Of a stretch of DNA of 35,673 nt, positions 15,864 through 24,780 are shown piece after piece (position 1 is the stretch's first letter; each line of letters opens with the position of its first letter). The notes under the pieces were generated by a model. It did not search any database. It had not been told where the DNA came from and worked only from the letters and a program-made list of their open reading frames with translations. The stretch comes from Thermoplasmatota archaeon (GTDB lineage: Archaea > Thermoplasmatota > Penumbrarchaeia > Penumbrarchaeales > Penumbrarchaeaceae): assembly GCA_049472275.1 (NCBI GenBank), contig JBLIRL010000005.1, positions 1-35,673 of the forward strand, in the 5' to 3' direction. Position numbers and translations under genes: made by a program.

Positions 15864-16736
15864 TCATCCCATCTGCCCGGGACGCTGCGGCGGAGGGCTC
15901 ATCGGCTGCTGAGAGGGGATCGGTTGAGGTGTCTGAGGTTTGGGAGTTATGGGTATCCCGAGCCGTAACTTGTCCTCGTCTGAGAGGCTCTCGAAATCGA
16001 GCGTCAGCAGTACGCGAAGCTCCTTCTTCTTCTGGGCCACGACGTACAACCTTATGATCGCGATGGGGAGGACTATGATGAACGCCAGCACGAAGAATAT
16101 GGGGATCAGCGGTAGAAGTGGTTCGTACTTGACCTCCATGTCTATTATCAGATCCGGATCGTCGTTCGTCGAATCCGGGTCGTCCGGATACCTCATGATC
16201 ATGACATAGTAGTTGTTGGTGTCGCAGTCGCGGAACGCCAGGTCCCATATGATCTCTGGATGGGCACCGTTTATCGTGGCATTGCGGAACGATTTGGCTT
16301 TGAGATAGCTGATGTCATCACCGTATTCCGCACCGAAACCGGACCCCCTGGGGGGTATCTTGTCCTTGAAGATGAAGATGTAGGCGTTAGCCCCCTTGTA
16401 GGTGTCCATGTAATTTGGATTGAGATCGAACTCGAAGTGGATGAAATACCAAGATGGTATGGCTATGGTCTCGATACCGGTTTCGGTGTTCGTGTTCCTG
16501 GGAACCTTGAACTGATCGGTCTGGGTCGTGCTAAGCTCGGAGACCGGAGCGAGGAAGACACCAAGGACGACGAAGAACAGGAAAGCGGTGAATATGACTG
16601 CCACTACCCAGCGTAATCTGGCGGCATCGAGGTCCGCAACCCTGTCCAAAAGTTTCTCCTGTATGGCATCGTTGTCGCTCTGCAGCATAGTGGGACCCCC
16701 GGAACCGGTAAGCGGTGCCTGATTGTCCAAATCCAT
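15864..16736 (-). CDS. Hypothetical two-TM membrane protein with an external domain and P/Q-rich tail
   Basis: Two hydrophobic segments flank a beta-rich region; C-terminal PKPQTPQPIPSQQPMSPPPQ. The start may instead be the ATG at 16688. Confidence 0.7.
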   Translation of the reverse strand: MDLDNQAPLTGSGGPTMLQSDNDAIQEKLLDRVADLDAARLRWVVAVIFTAFLFFVVLGVFLAPVSELSTTQTDQFKVPRNTNTETGIETIAIPSWYFIHFEFDLNPNYMDTYKGANAYIFIFKDKIPPRGSGFGAEYGDDISYLKAKSFRNATINGAHPEIIWDLAFRDCDTNNYYVMIMRYPDDPDSTNDDPDLIIDMEVKYEPLLPLIPIFFVLAFIIVLPIAIIRLYVVAQKKKELRVLLTLDFESLSDEDKLRLGIPITPKPQTPQPIPSQQPMSPPPQRPGQMG

Positions 16737-16761
16737 AATAAACTTTTACTAGACCCGGAGG

Positions 16762-18780
16762 TCACTCCTCATCGTAATGGAGATATCTATCCCGCCTGTT
16801 GACGGTGTTGCGAAGGATGAAAAGAAGGAGTGCAATGACGACGAGCAGGAAGGAGGCGATGCCGGCTGCATACCACTTGATGTCCCCGTTCGGCACATGC
16901 GGGAACCTGTCCTCGTTGTCACCGATACCGTCGCCGTCGGTATCTCTCCACTCGGAACTGTCATGGGGAAACTCATCCCCGTTGTCGCCGCGGCCATCTC
17001 CATCCGAATCCGTCCACTCCCCTCGATCATAAGGGAAAGCATCTATCCGGAGGCCCGTAGTTGAATCCAGTTTGTCGTAGCCCCGGTTCCATTCGTCCGG
17101 ATACCCGTCACTGTCGGAATCTTTTGAAGCCGCCCTGTCGTTTGGAAAGCTGTCGTCCCGGTTGAGGACACCGTCACCATCATTGTCCATATCGTACCAT
17201 TCGCCCCACTCGTCGTAGTTCTTCTCCTGGACCTCTATCCTGATGGCGAGCTTCTCGGTCGATTCGTTCCCGTCCGAAGCCCAGCACTGGACCGTCCTCC
17301 ATCCCTTGATGTAGTATATGTGCTCCACGACCCTGCCTTCTGCTTTCGATCCGTCGCCGAGATCCCAGTGGTATATCAGGTGGTCCATGTCCGGGTCCCG
17401 GGCCGGGTCGACCCAGAAAGTGACCCTCTGACCGACGGCTGGTTTCATGGGGGTCACGTTGAGCTGTCCTGTCCATACGGGCGGTTCGTTGGTATCCACC
17501 AGCTCGAAGTTCAGCGTGACATTGGAGCTCGCCCCCAGAATGTCCGTCGCTTTGAACATCACGAATATCTGGACCGAATCAATGTATATTCCACCGGTTT
17601 TCCATATGTCCTGGTCCGCAAGGTCAAGCCAGAAGATCCCCGTTGACGGGTCCAATCCCACGTTGCCACCAGGAACCAGGTCCAGATGAGGAAGCTGTTC
17701 CTTCAACGGAGGAAGGGAACCGCCAAGCGAGCTTTCTATGTTCGCCTCGATAAGGACGGCTCCGTTACTGTCCAGGTCCTCCACCTCGAGATCTACCTCG
17801 AGCATCTCGTACTGGGTCCATCTCTCCCTCGTCAACACCGGGACCGTGATCAGAGGAGGGATATTGATGTGGTCGATCTCAAGTATCACGAGGAGAACTA
17901 CCTCCGAGAGATCACGGTCGCGGATCCGGAACAGGAGCCTCTCGTTCCCGGACCTCCAGTCGTCCAGGGTGATTGTCAGCGAGACCTCCCCGGTCTCGAC
18001 CCCCAGGACCGGTCTCTCGTCCCAGATGTCCGATCCCTCGGCATCGAACTTGAAAAAGAGAGCATCGCCCTCATCCGGTGCATCCCCGTCCGTTGCGTTT
18101 ATCGTGAAGTTGAAAAGGGTCCCGTCATGAACTGTCTCGAGACTGCTGAGGTCGATCTCGAAACCACCCTCATCGGTCCTGGTGACGGGATGATCCCTTC
18201 CCTTGACCGTCAGGGAATGAACGACGGGGGGATCGTTTACGGGAGATATCCGCAGAGCAGCCGTCCTGTTGCATGTGTGGTTCTCCCCCAGACCTATCAG
18301 CTCGAAGGAAGCCCACCCGCTCATACCGGGCAGAGGCTCTATCAGGAGAGAATGGGAGGAGACCTCGCCAATGACGGTGATCTCTGCGATGGTGGTCAGG
18401 ATCGACACCGAACCGTTCAGGGATCCGGGGGGTGCCAGGAGATATCCTATGATGCTCTCGTTCTCCGCGACAAAGGGGGGGTCCTTGCAGTCCAGGAGCA
18501 CAGCCATCGGGATCGAATCCTCCGGGATGGTCGGTATCCCGGACCAGTCCGGATTCGGAAGTATCGGCCCTGATGACCGGGATGCTTCACCTGCATCGAT
18601 CATTTCCAGAGCCCCGAACAGGACCGCTGCAGATGCAAGCGCGGCGAATGCAAGGACAGGAATGGATCTCGTCTTCTCACCCCGGAGCACATTGGCTGTG
18701 GACTTATTAAGTAACACTGGAACAGTTCTTTTATATTCCACTAGACAAGGAAGTGACACCGTCCCCGAGTCCATGAACAT
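16762..18780 (-). CDS. Surface protein with cadherin-like Ig domains, PKD domain, thrombospondin type-3 (Ca-binding) repeats and C-terminal TM anchor
   Basis: PVNDPP, NIPP and DTNEPP domain junctions. PKD YHWDLGDGS...G..VEH.Y. Repeated D.DGDG.GDN.D.FP.D..EW. The true start is probably the GTG near 18690. Confidence 0.8.
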   Translation of the reverse strand: MFMDSGTVSLPCLVEYKRTVPVLLNKSTANVLRGEKTRSIPVLAFAALASAAVLFGALEMIDAGEASRSSGPILPNPDWSGIPTIPEDSIPMAVLLDCKDPPFVAENESIIGYLLAPPGSLNGSVSILTTIAEITVIGEVSSHSLLIEPLPGMSGWASFELIGLGENHTCNRTAALRISPVNDPPVVHSLTVKGRDHPVTRTDEGGFEIDLSSLETVHDGTLFNFTINATDGDAPDEGDALFFKFDAEGSDIWDERPVLGVETGEVSLTITLDDWRSGNERLLFRIRDRDLSEVVLLVILEIDHINIPPLITVPVLTRERWTQYEMLEVDLEVEDLDSNGAVLIEANIESSLGGSLPPLKEQLPHLDLVPGGNVGLDPSTGIFWLDLADQDIWKTGGIYIDSVQIFVMFKATDILGASSNVTLNFELVDTNEPPVWTGQLNVTPMKPAVGQRVTFWVDPARDPDMDHLIYHWDLGDGSKAEGRVVEHIYYIKGWRTVQCWASDGNESTEKLAIRIEVQEKNYDEWGEWYDMDNDGDGVLNRDDSFPNDRAASKDSDSDGYPDEWNRGYDKLDSTTGLRIDAFPYDRGEWTDSDGDGRGDNGDEFPHDSSEWRDTDGDGIGDNEDRFPHVPNGDIKWYAAGIASFLLVVIALLLFILRNTVNRRDRYLHYDEE

Positions 18781-18837
18781 TTGAATTCCGCAAACTTAAA
18801 ATCACAAAAAGGACGGTAGGGTCGGTTGGTGACCCCC

Positions 18838-19431
18838 ATGAGGAAGGACCTGATACCAGCATTGATGATGATCCCTCTCGCACTCCTGCTTCTCTCAAGT
18901 GTTATGATGCCCGCAGGAGCGGACGGTGCTGCAGTGGTCGTTGATAAGACCATGATCACCTACGATCCGGAAGAACCCCTGCATTCCGACGAGTTCAATG
19001 TTACGGTCGAGCCCGTTCTCATTGATGCCGAGCCCATAGAGAACGGCGTTCTTCTCATGTGGTCCCTGTGCACGGAAGAAGGCTGCGGTGTGGCTCAGCC
19101 CGAGGCCATGACGGACAATGGTGACGGGACCTGGTCCGCGGTTATTGGACCCTTCGATGAGAAACATCCCGTATCCGGATTGGTCCATCAGGACATCCTC
19201 TTCAGGATCAAGATCACCGCCGCTCCAACGGGCGGGGGCGATGATATCGTCGAGGAGAGTGAATCGGTCACTGTTTACTTCGACCTTCAGGGAGTTGACG
19301 ATGACGATACGACCGATGACGACACCGGAGATGATGATGACGATGATGATGATTCACCATTCGGAATAGAGATCGTCATAATCGGCGTCCTGCTGGCTGC
19401 CGGTTACTTCGCCATGAGGAGACGGAACTAG
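18838..19431 (+). CDS. Secreted protein with an acidic linker and PGF-CTERM-like C-terminal sorting/anchor segment
   Basis: Signal peptide MRKDLIPALMMIPLALLLL. Poly-Asp linker, then SPFG, a hydrophobic helix and terminal RRRN. Confidence 0.75.
   Translation: MRKDLIPALMMIPLALLLLSSVMMPAGADGAAVVVDKTMITYDPEEPLHSDEFNVTVEPVLIDAEPIENGVLLMWSLCTEEGCGVAQPEAMTDNGDGTWSAVIGPFDEKHPVSGLVHQDILFRIKITAAPTGGGDDIVEESESVTVYFDLQGVDDDDTTDDDTGDDDDDDDDSPFGIEIVIIGVLLAAGYFAMRRRN
19297..19353 (+). repeat. GAY-rich low-complexity tract encoding a poly-Asp linker
   Basis: GACGATGACGAT...GATGATGATGACGATGATGATGAT encodes DDDDTTDDDTGDDDDDDDD. Confidence 0.8.
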
Positions 19432-20438
19432 GACGGGGGCAACGTCGCCCATCCCTTCTCCAGATGAGCGTCAAGCACATCGATCAGGTCATTGTTGTCA
19501 AGAAGTGCCATTCCCCTAGCTGAGCCAGGTATGAACACCCCTTCACCGTTCTCCTCGCCGTCCAATTCCTTCCTTTCAAGGATGGTGTTCATCGCCAGCT
19601 CGGCCGTTCCATCGCCATTGCTTGCGGCAAGAAGTATGGGCAAGACATCTCCCCAGTCCTGGAAAATCTGCTCGACGTCCAGTCCGTAGCAGTCCAGGGT
19701 CGGTGAGAGAACGACGCCTGACTTGATACCTTTCTGTGAGAGCCTCGCGAACTGGTTCATTGCAAAGAGACCTCCCTTTCCGACCCCTATGAAGGCCGAC
19801 TTCTCGCCTGCATGGGTGTTGGGGTTGCCGTTGATATCGTCTCCCTCCACCCACTCGACCGCTGCCCGGATATCATTGCTGATCCCGAGGAAATCTGTAT
19901 AGGTCATGGTTGTCCAGTCGTATTCGATCTCCTCCGATCTGATGCTTTTCGTCGATTCTCCATGGCCCCTGAGATCGATTGCTAGGACGTTGTAGCCTTC
20001 CGATTGAAGATGACCCGCGTAGTCCTTCCAGACCGTACGGTCCTTGCCGATGTCATGGATGAGGTAGACAGTTTCGGCACCCTCTTCAGTGGAGGAATAC
20101 CATGTTCCGTTTATGACGGCCCCATCGGAAGCAGCGTAGAAGATCGTCCTCCCCGGGGGAGCCGCTTCACTTCCCTCGTTGAATATCGAATAAACGAGAA
20201 GTGACGCAGTTACGATCACCAGTGCCACCCCCAGAACGAGCAGGAGACCTATCACCATCGAGTTCGTTCTCTCGAACCTGGGCGACCTTGTCCGTCTGAT
20301 CCTGGCCTCCCTTGCCTCCCTGATCCTTGCGACGGGATCGAGTCCCGGATGCCTCCGCCTGTAGTGCTTCGTCAGGTTCTTCTCGTTTATCATCATCGAG
20401 CAGTCCGGGCATTCCACCCTGTTCGATCGGTCGCTCAT
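19428..20438 (-). CDS. Alpha/beta-hydrolase-fold membrane protein with an N-terminal C2H2 zinc finger; catalytic triad appears degenerate
   Basis: CPDC-x11-H-x4-H, then a TM helix. Fold motifs ASDG..I.GT.Y, LIHDIG, GYNVLAIDLRGHGES. The nucleophile elbow reads FIGVGKGG. Confidence 0.8.
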   Translation of the reverse strand: MSDRSNRVECPDCSMMINEKNLTKHYRRRHPGLDPVARIREAREARIRRTRSPRFERTNSMVIGLLLVLGVALVIVTASLLVYSIFNEGSEAAPPGRTIFYAASDGAVINGTWYSSTEEGAETVYLIHDIGKDRTVWKDYAGHLQSEGYNVLAIDLRGHGESTKSIRSEEIEYDWTTMTYTDFLGISNDIRAAVEWVEGDDINGNPNTHAGEKSAFIGVGKGGLFAMNQFARLSQKGIKSGVVLSPTLDCYGLDVEQIFQDWGDVLPILLAASNGDGTAELAMNTILERKELDGEENGEGVFIPGSARGMALLDNNDLIDVLDAHLEKGWATLPPS

Positions 20439-20496
20439 CTGTATCGAGGAGACTATCCCCGGTCATCGTTTTAATATTTTTTGAGATGGGGCCGTA

Positions 20497-21615
20497 TCAA
20501 CCGCGGGATCGGAAACCCAGCATCAGTGACATCAGGGCCGCTTCCGCATCCAGAGTGTCCAGGCCTGACAGGGCCGAGGGCTCGAGTTCCTGGAGGAAGA
20601 CAAGGGCCTCGGGCAATCCACGGGATGCTTTGAAGTACTCTCGCGCCAGCCCCTCGGAGAGCCCGGCCTTCCTGGCCATCTCCAGAAAAGGAGCCTCTTC
20701 AAGTCCCTTCAGGGACAGGACCGCGTCCCCCTTAACCTCCATCTCCCCGTCCATTATACCAAGGAGAGGCAGTTCCATGAGATCGTCCGGCCATTCCCCG
20801 TCCCTGGGATCCCTCAACCTGGCCTCCCCCCCCTCTATCAGTGTCGATGTCACATCCACAATCGGCGCCCCGACCATCACCAAGACATCGTAGTCCGAGG
20901 GTTCGATGCAGTACTCCTTGTCCCCGCCAATCGTGAGCCAGAGACACTCCATTCCAGAGGTCTCCGCGAGCATGGAGACCAGCGTTCTCTTGCCGGCACC
21001 TCTCTCTCCTACGAGTGCCGAAACATCATTGTTCTCGATGAGAGAGGAAAGCCTCCTCAGGGCATCATCCCTTGCGACGAACGGGTCGGGAATCCCCGGA
21101 GGGGGTAGGGGTCTGAAGCCCTCGGGCAGACAGATCGACTCCGTCCCCTCCCTCCTCACCGAACTCGAGAGGAACAGTATCTCGTTCCAGCTTATCCTCT
21201 CCTTGCCCACGGTTAGGAAAAGTGATATCGGGATCTGGCTCATGGAGCCCGATCCAAGAAGGTCGTTGATCCTCCTCAGGGCATCCACACATGGCTCCCT
21301 GTGTGCGGATCCCTTCTCGTCCGTCCATTCCATCATGGTCTCGTTGGCCCTTGACCTCAATGCAGTGGCCGCCATGATGCCTTTGGGGGTGAGAGAATAC
21401 ACCTTTACCCTTCTGGTCCTGCCGGGTGCCCGGCCCTGGGATTCATCTACGAGTCCATCCGAGATAAGGGGCTTCAATGCCCTTGGCACATGTGTCCTGC
21501 CGATACCGCAGTAGGCTGCGATGTCATCCTGGTCTGCGACCCCCCCTGACCAGTCCGCACGGCTGCTCTTCATCAGAAGATGCAGAAGGACCCGATCCCC
21601 CGAGGTAAAGGACAA
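20497..21615 (-). CDS. Winged-helix DNA-binding protein fused to a degenerate STAND/AAA-like P-loop domain
   Basis: wHTH QDDIA...GIGRTHVPRALKPL...GLV.E.......R.KVYSLT.KG. FVARDD.L..L, Walker A-like GERGAGKRT, C-terminal S.GLP.AL (GxP). Confidence 0.7.
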   Translation of the reverse strand: MSFTSGDRVLLHLLMKSSRADWSGGVADQDDIAAYCGIGRTHVPRALKPLISDGLVDESQGRAPGRTRRVKVYSLTPKGIMAATALRSRANETMMEWTDEKGSAHREPCVDALRRINDLLGSGSMSQIPISLFLTVGKERISWNEILFLSSSVRREGTESICLPEGFRPLPPPGIPDPFVARDDALRRLSSLIENNDVSALVGERGAGKRTLVSMLAETSGMECLWLTIGGDKEYCIEPSDYDVLVMVGAPIVDVTSTLIEGGEARLRDPRDGEWPDDLMELPLLGIMDGEMEVKGDAVLSLKGLEEAPFLEMARKAGLSEGLAREYFKASRGLPEALVFLQELEPSALSGLDTLDAEAALMSLMLGFRSRG

Positions 21616-21622
21616 GTCCCGA

Positions 21623-23248
21623 TCAACCCCTTTTCCTGTTGTATTCGAGGGCAGCCTTCACCAGACCGTAGAACAGAGGAGCGGGTTTCTGGGGATGGGA
21701 TAGGAACTCAGGATGGAACTGGCTTCCGATATGGTAACGGTTGCCAGGGAGCTCGCCTATCTCCATCTTGATGCCGTCCTCGGATATGGCCGAGAACACC
21801 CATCCCTTCTCCTGAATGGTGTCTATCCACTCGGGATTGATCTCGTAGCGGTGCCTGTGCCTCTCCCAGATCTCCTTCTTGCTGTATAGCTCGTGGGCGA
21901 GTGTTCCATCTGATATCATGGCCTTCTGTGCCCCGAGCCTCATGGTGGCACCCATCTGGGTCACCCTCAATTGTTCGGGGAGGAGGTCCACCACGGGATA
22001 TTTCGTATCCGGATCGAACTCCGTGGAATTGGCCCCCTCGAGCCCCATGACGTTCCTTGCGAACTCTATGACAGCCAGCTGAAGTCCGAGACAGATGCCA
22101 AGGAACGGTATATCGTTCTCCCTCGCGAACCTTATGGCCTCTATCTTGCCCTCGGTGCCCCTCACGCCAAAGCCGCCAGGAACGAGGATGCCGTCGCACA
22201 TGGAAAGCTTCCTTCTCATCTCATCCAGGTCGGAATCCCAGTTGTTCCCGCGCTCCGGTGCGTCGATCCACTCCACCTCAACGTTCGCCCCGACCTCCGC
22301 CGACGAATGCTCGAAGGCCTTGTAGTGGGAGATGTAGGAGTCCTTCAGACCCGTATATTTACCGACCAGTGCTATCTTGACTGTATCCTTGGTGGACCGG
22401 ATCCTCTCCACGAAATCGTTCCATTTTTCCATTTCCGTGGGTTTCTTCTCCAGGCCGAGCCTGTCGCGGACCCGGTCGGTGATGCCCTGATCGTGCAGCA
22501 GTCTCGGAACGGAATATACCGTCCCGACGTCATGCGCCGAGAACACGCCTTTCTCGGGAACGTTGCAGAATAGGGATATCTTCCTCTTGGTGGAGATATC
22601 GAGAGGTTCCTCGCACCTTCCGACTATGAGGTCCGGCTGGATACCTATCGACCTCAGCTCCTTGACACTGTGCTGTGTGGGTTTGGTCTTCTGCTCTCCC
22701 ACCACTCCCATGATCGGGACCAGTGTGGTATGGACCACCATCACGTCCTTCAGTCCGACCTCCATCTGGAGCTGTCTGGCCGCCTCGAGGAAAGGCATCG
22801 ATTCGATGTCGCCCACGGTCCCACCGAGCTCCACCAGGCAGACCTCGGCACCGGACTCCGACGCTACCCTCTTTATCGTATCCTTGATCTCGTTGACAAT
22901 ATGGGGTATGATCTGGACCGTCTTGCCCAGATAGTCCCCGCGGCGCTCCTTCTCGATGACCGATCTGTATATCTTCCCCGTGGTGATGTTGTGGTCCGAC
23001 GATAGGAACTCATCCAGGAACCTCTCGTAGTTGCCAAGGTCCAGATCGACCTCCCCGCCATCGTGAAGGACGAATACCTCGCCATGCTCGTAAGGGTTCA
23101 TGGTCCCGGCGTCGCAGTTGAGGTAAGGGTCGACCTTGATTGCCGTGACCTTGAGTCCGGACCGTTTCAGAAGCAGGCCGATCGAGGATGTCGTAATCCC
23201 CTTTCCAAGTCCGGAAAGCACCCCACCCGAGACAAAGATATACTTCAT
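21623..23248 (-). CDS. pyrG: CTP synthase
   Basis: [71 protein letters not shown]. Start placed at the ATG at 23248. Confidence 0.98.
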   Translation of the reverse strand: MKYIFVSGGVLSGLGKGITTSSIGLLLKRSGLKVTAIKVDPYLNCDAGTMNPYEHGEVFVLHDGGEVDLDLGNYERFLDEFLSSDHNITTGKIYRSVIEKERRGDYLGKTVQIIPHIVNEIKDTIKRVASESGAEVCLVELGGTVGDIESMPFLEAARQLQMEVGLKDVMVVHTTLVPIMGVVGEQKTKPTQHSVKELRSIGIQPDLIVGRCEEPLDISTKRKISLFCNVPEKGVFSAHDVGTVYSVPRLLHDQGITDRVRDRLGLEKKPTEMEKWNDFVERIRSTKDTVKIALVGKYTGLKDSYISHYKAFEHSSAEVGANVEVEWIDAPERGNNWDSDLDEMRRKLSMCDGILVPGGFGVRGTEGKIEAIRFARENDIPFLGICLGLQLAVIEFARNVMGLEGANSTEFDPDTKYPVVDLLPEQLRVTQMGATMRLGAQKAMISDGTLAHELYSKKEIWERHRHRYEINPEWIDTIQEKGWVFSAISEDGIKMEIGELPGNRYHIGSQFHPEFLSHPQKPAPLFYGLVKAALEYNRKRG

Positions 23249-23310
23249 CGATACCACTTTTATGAGTATGGAGAACTCATACATAAAGGGTGTTCAGGAG
23301 GTCGATGAAC

Positions 23311-24759
23311 CTACTTGTTGAGCTGGCCGAGGAACCCGTTGACCTCCCATTCGACCTTGCCCCTTTTTCCGTATCTTACCCAGTAGGGAATGATGACACG
23401 CCTCGAGCTTATGAGCTTGAGAGTGTTGGGATCGAAACGGAATTTTATCTCCCTGTAGATCGTCGACATCAGAGTCTCCCTGACCTTGCGGTCCTTGGCG
23501 AGCTTCTCGCTCCTTATGCGGTTTCGAAGCGTGGACATGGCAGTGTTGTGGACATCCTTTAGGTCCGTGAGGGTCTTTGGGGCGTCCGAGCCGTCCCATT
23601 TCTCCTTGAGGTCAGCGATCTCGTCGAAAAGTGATCCGGGAATGTCGGTAACCTCTCCCCGAAGGCAGTCGTACAGATATGTCCCGTCGTGGACCATCGG
23701 ATCGGTCCCGTCATCGGGGACCATGGAATAGGTCGCTTCCAGAAGAAGGAAGGGTCTGTTCTCCTTCCTGATCTCCTCACCCTCCTTTGCACCGCCAAGA
23801 GAGAGGGCCTCGTTCCTGTCGAACTTCATCGGGACGAGAGTGGAGCCCTTCCAAGGGTTCCGGACCTTATCCTCCGCCACCGCGGGTTCGGATTCGGGTT
23901 CGGGTCTCTCCTTCTTTCCGGATTTGTCCTCCTTCATCCGGGTCACATGCTTCTCGAAACCCGACCACGGGTTCATCAGGATCTCGTCGGGGACCTTCTT
24001 CGGACTCTTCTTCGGCTCCTCCTTCTCGACCTTCTTGGGAAGGTCTTCCTCCGGAGGTTGATCGAAAAGCGGCATGTCCATGAGTATCGGTTCGGGTTCC
24101 GGACCTCCCGATCCCCCTACCTTCGGGTCGCTGGCGGGAGCGGGAGCTGGCGGGACCCTGCTCTCAGCCGAAGCTTTCGTGATCTCCCCGAGGGGTCGCT
24201 CGTTCTGAATAACCTTGGTTCCCGGCTTCTCTGTCTCGGTGCGGTCGACCATCTCGACCTCCCGTATCCTGAAACCTCCAACCTGCTCGCTCGTTATCTC
24301 CTGGAAATAACTTCTCAGTTCCTTGACAGGCTCCAGATCATCTTTGGGAAAGAGGTCCATTATCGAGCCCTTCCTTCCCTCCGGATCGCTCCCTTCCCAT
24401 CCGGCCATCAGATACTCCCCCAGAGAGGCAGCGATCTCGTTCCTGTCCCAGGTCGCGACGCTCTCTGTCTCGAATACCGACCTGACGGACCTCGGAAGCT
24501 TTGAGGATGATATGAAGATCATCGAATCCGCCGAGTCGTTCTGACCCATGGAAACGAACATCTCCGCCTCTCCCTCCGTGATGCTGGACCCCGTCATGGA
24601 ATATCCCACCGCCAGCCTTTCGGCGTCCCTCGACAGCAGAATGTACCGGTTCTCATCGGATGACCTGAGGACCTCGTAACCCTTCTGAACGAAGACACCC
24701 TCGATGGCAGCTAGTACATCCAAGGTCAACACACCTTCGGCTAGAACGTGGGAGAACAT
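23311..24759 (-). CDS. Hypothetical protein: degenerate Mrr-like restriction-endonuclease-fold N-domain, P/E/K-rich linker, folded C-domain
   Basis: F...GYEV...L.V......I......F.......D..IFISSS.......F....V..WDR..I pattern. The likely start is the TTG at 24729, after GAAGGTG and a TTTAATAT box. Confidence 0.6.
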   Translation of the reverse strand: MFSHVLAEGVLTLDVLAAIEGVFVQKGYEVLRSSDENRYILLSRDAERLAVGYSMTGSSITEGEAEMFVSMGQNDSADSMIFISSSKLPRSVRSVFETESVATWDRNEIAASLGEYLMAGWEGSDPEGRKGSIMDLFPKDDLEPVKELRSYFQEITSEQVGGFRIREVEMVDRTETEKPGTKVIQNERPLGEITKASAESRVPPAPAPASDPKVGGSGGPEPEPILMDMPLFDQPPEEDLPKKVEKEEPKKSPKKVPDEILMNPWSGFEKHVTRMKEDKSGKKERPEPESEPAVAEDKVRNPWKGSTLVPMKFDRNEALSLGGAKEGEEIRKENRPFLLLEATYSMVPDDGTDPMVHDGTYLYDCLRGEVTDIPGSLFDEIADLKEKWDGSDAPKTLTDLKDVHNTAMSTLRNRIRSEKLAKDRKVRETLMSTIYREIKFRFDPNTLKLISSRRVIIPYWVRYGKRGKVEWEVNGFLGQLNK

Positions 24760-24780
24760 ATTAAACGTGTCGAATGAACC

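Noticed and set aside
19428-19431. Convergent genes sharing overlapping stop codons in CTAG
   Set aside because: A common consequence of compact genomes; no further signal.
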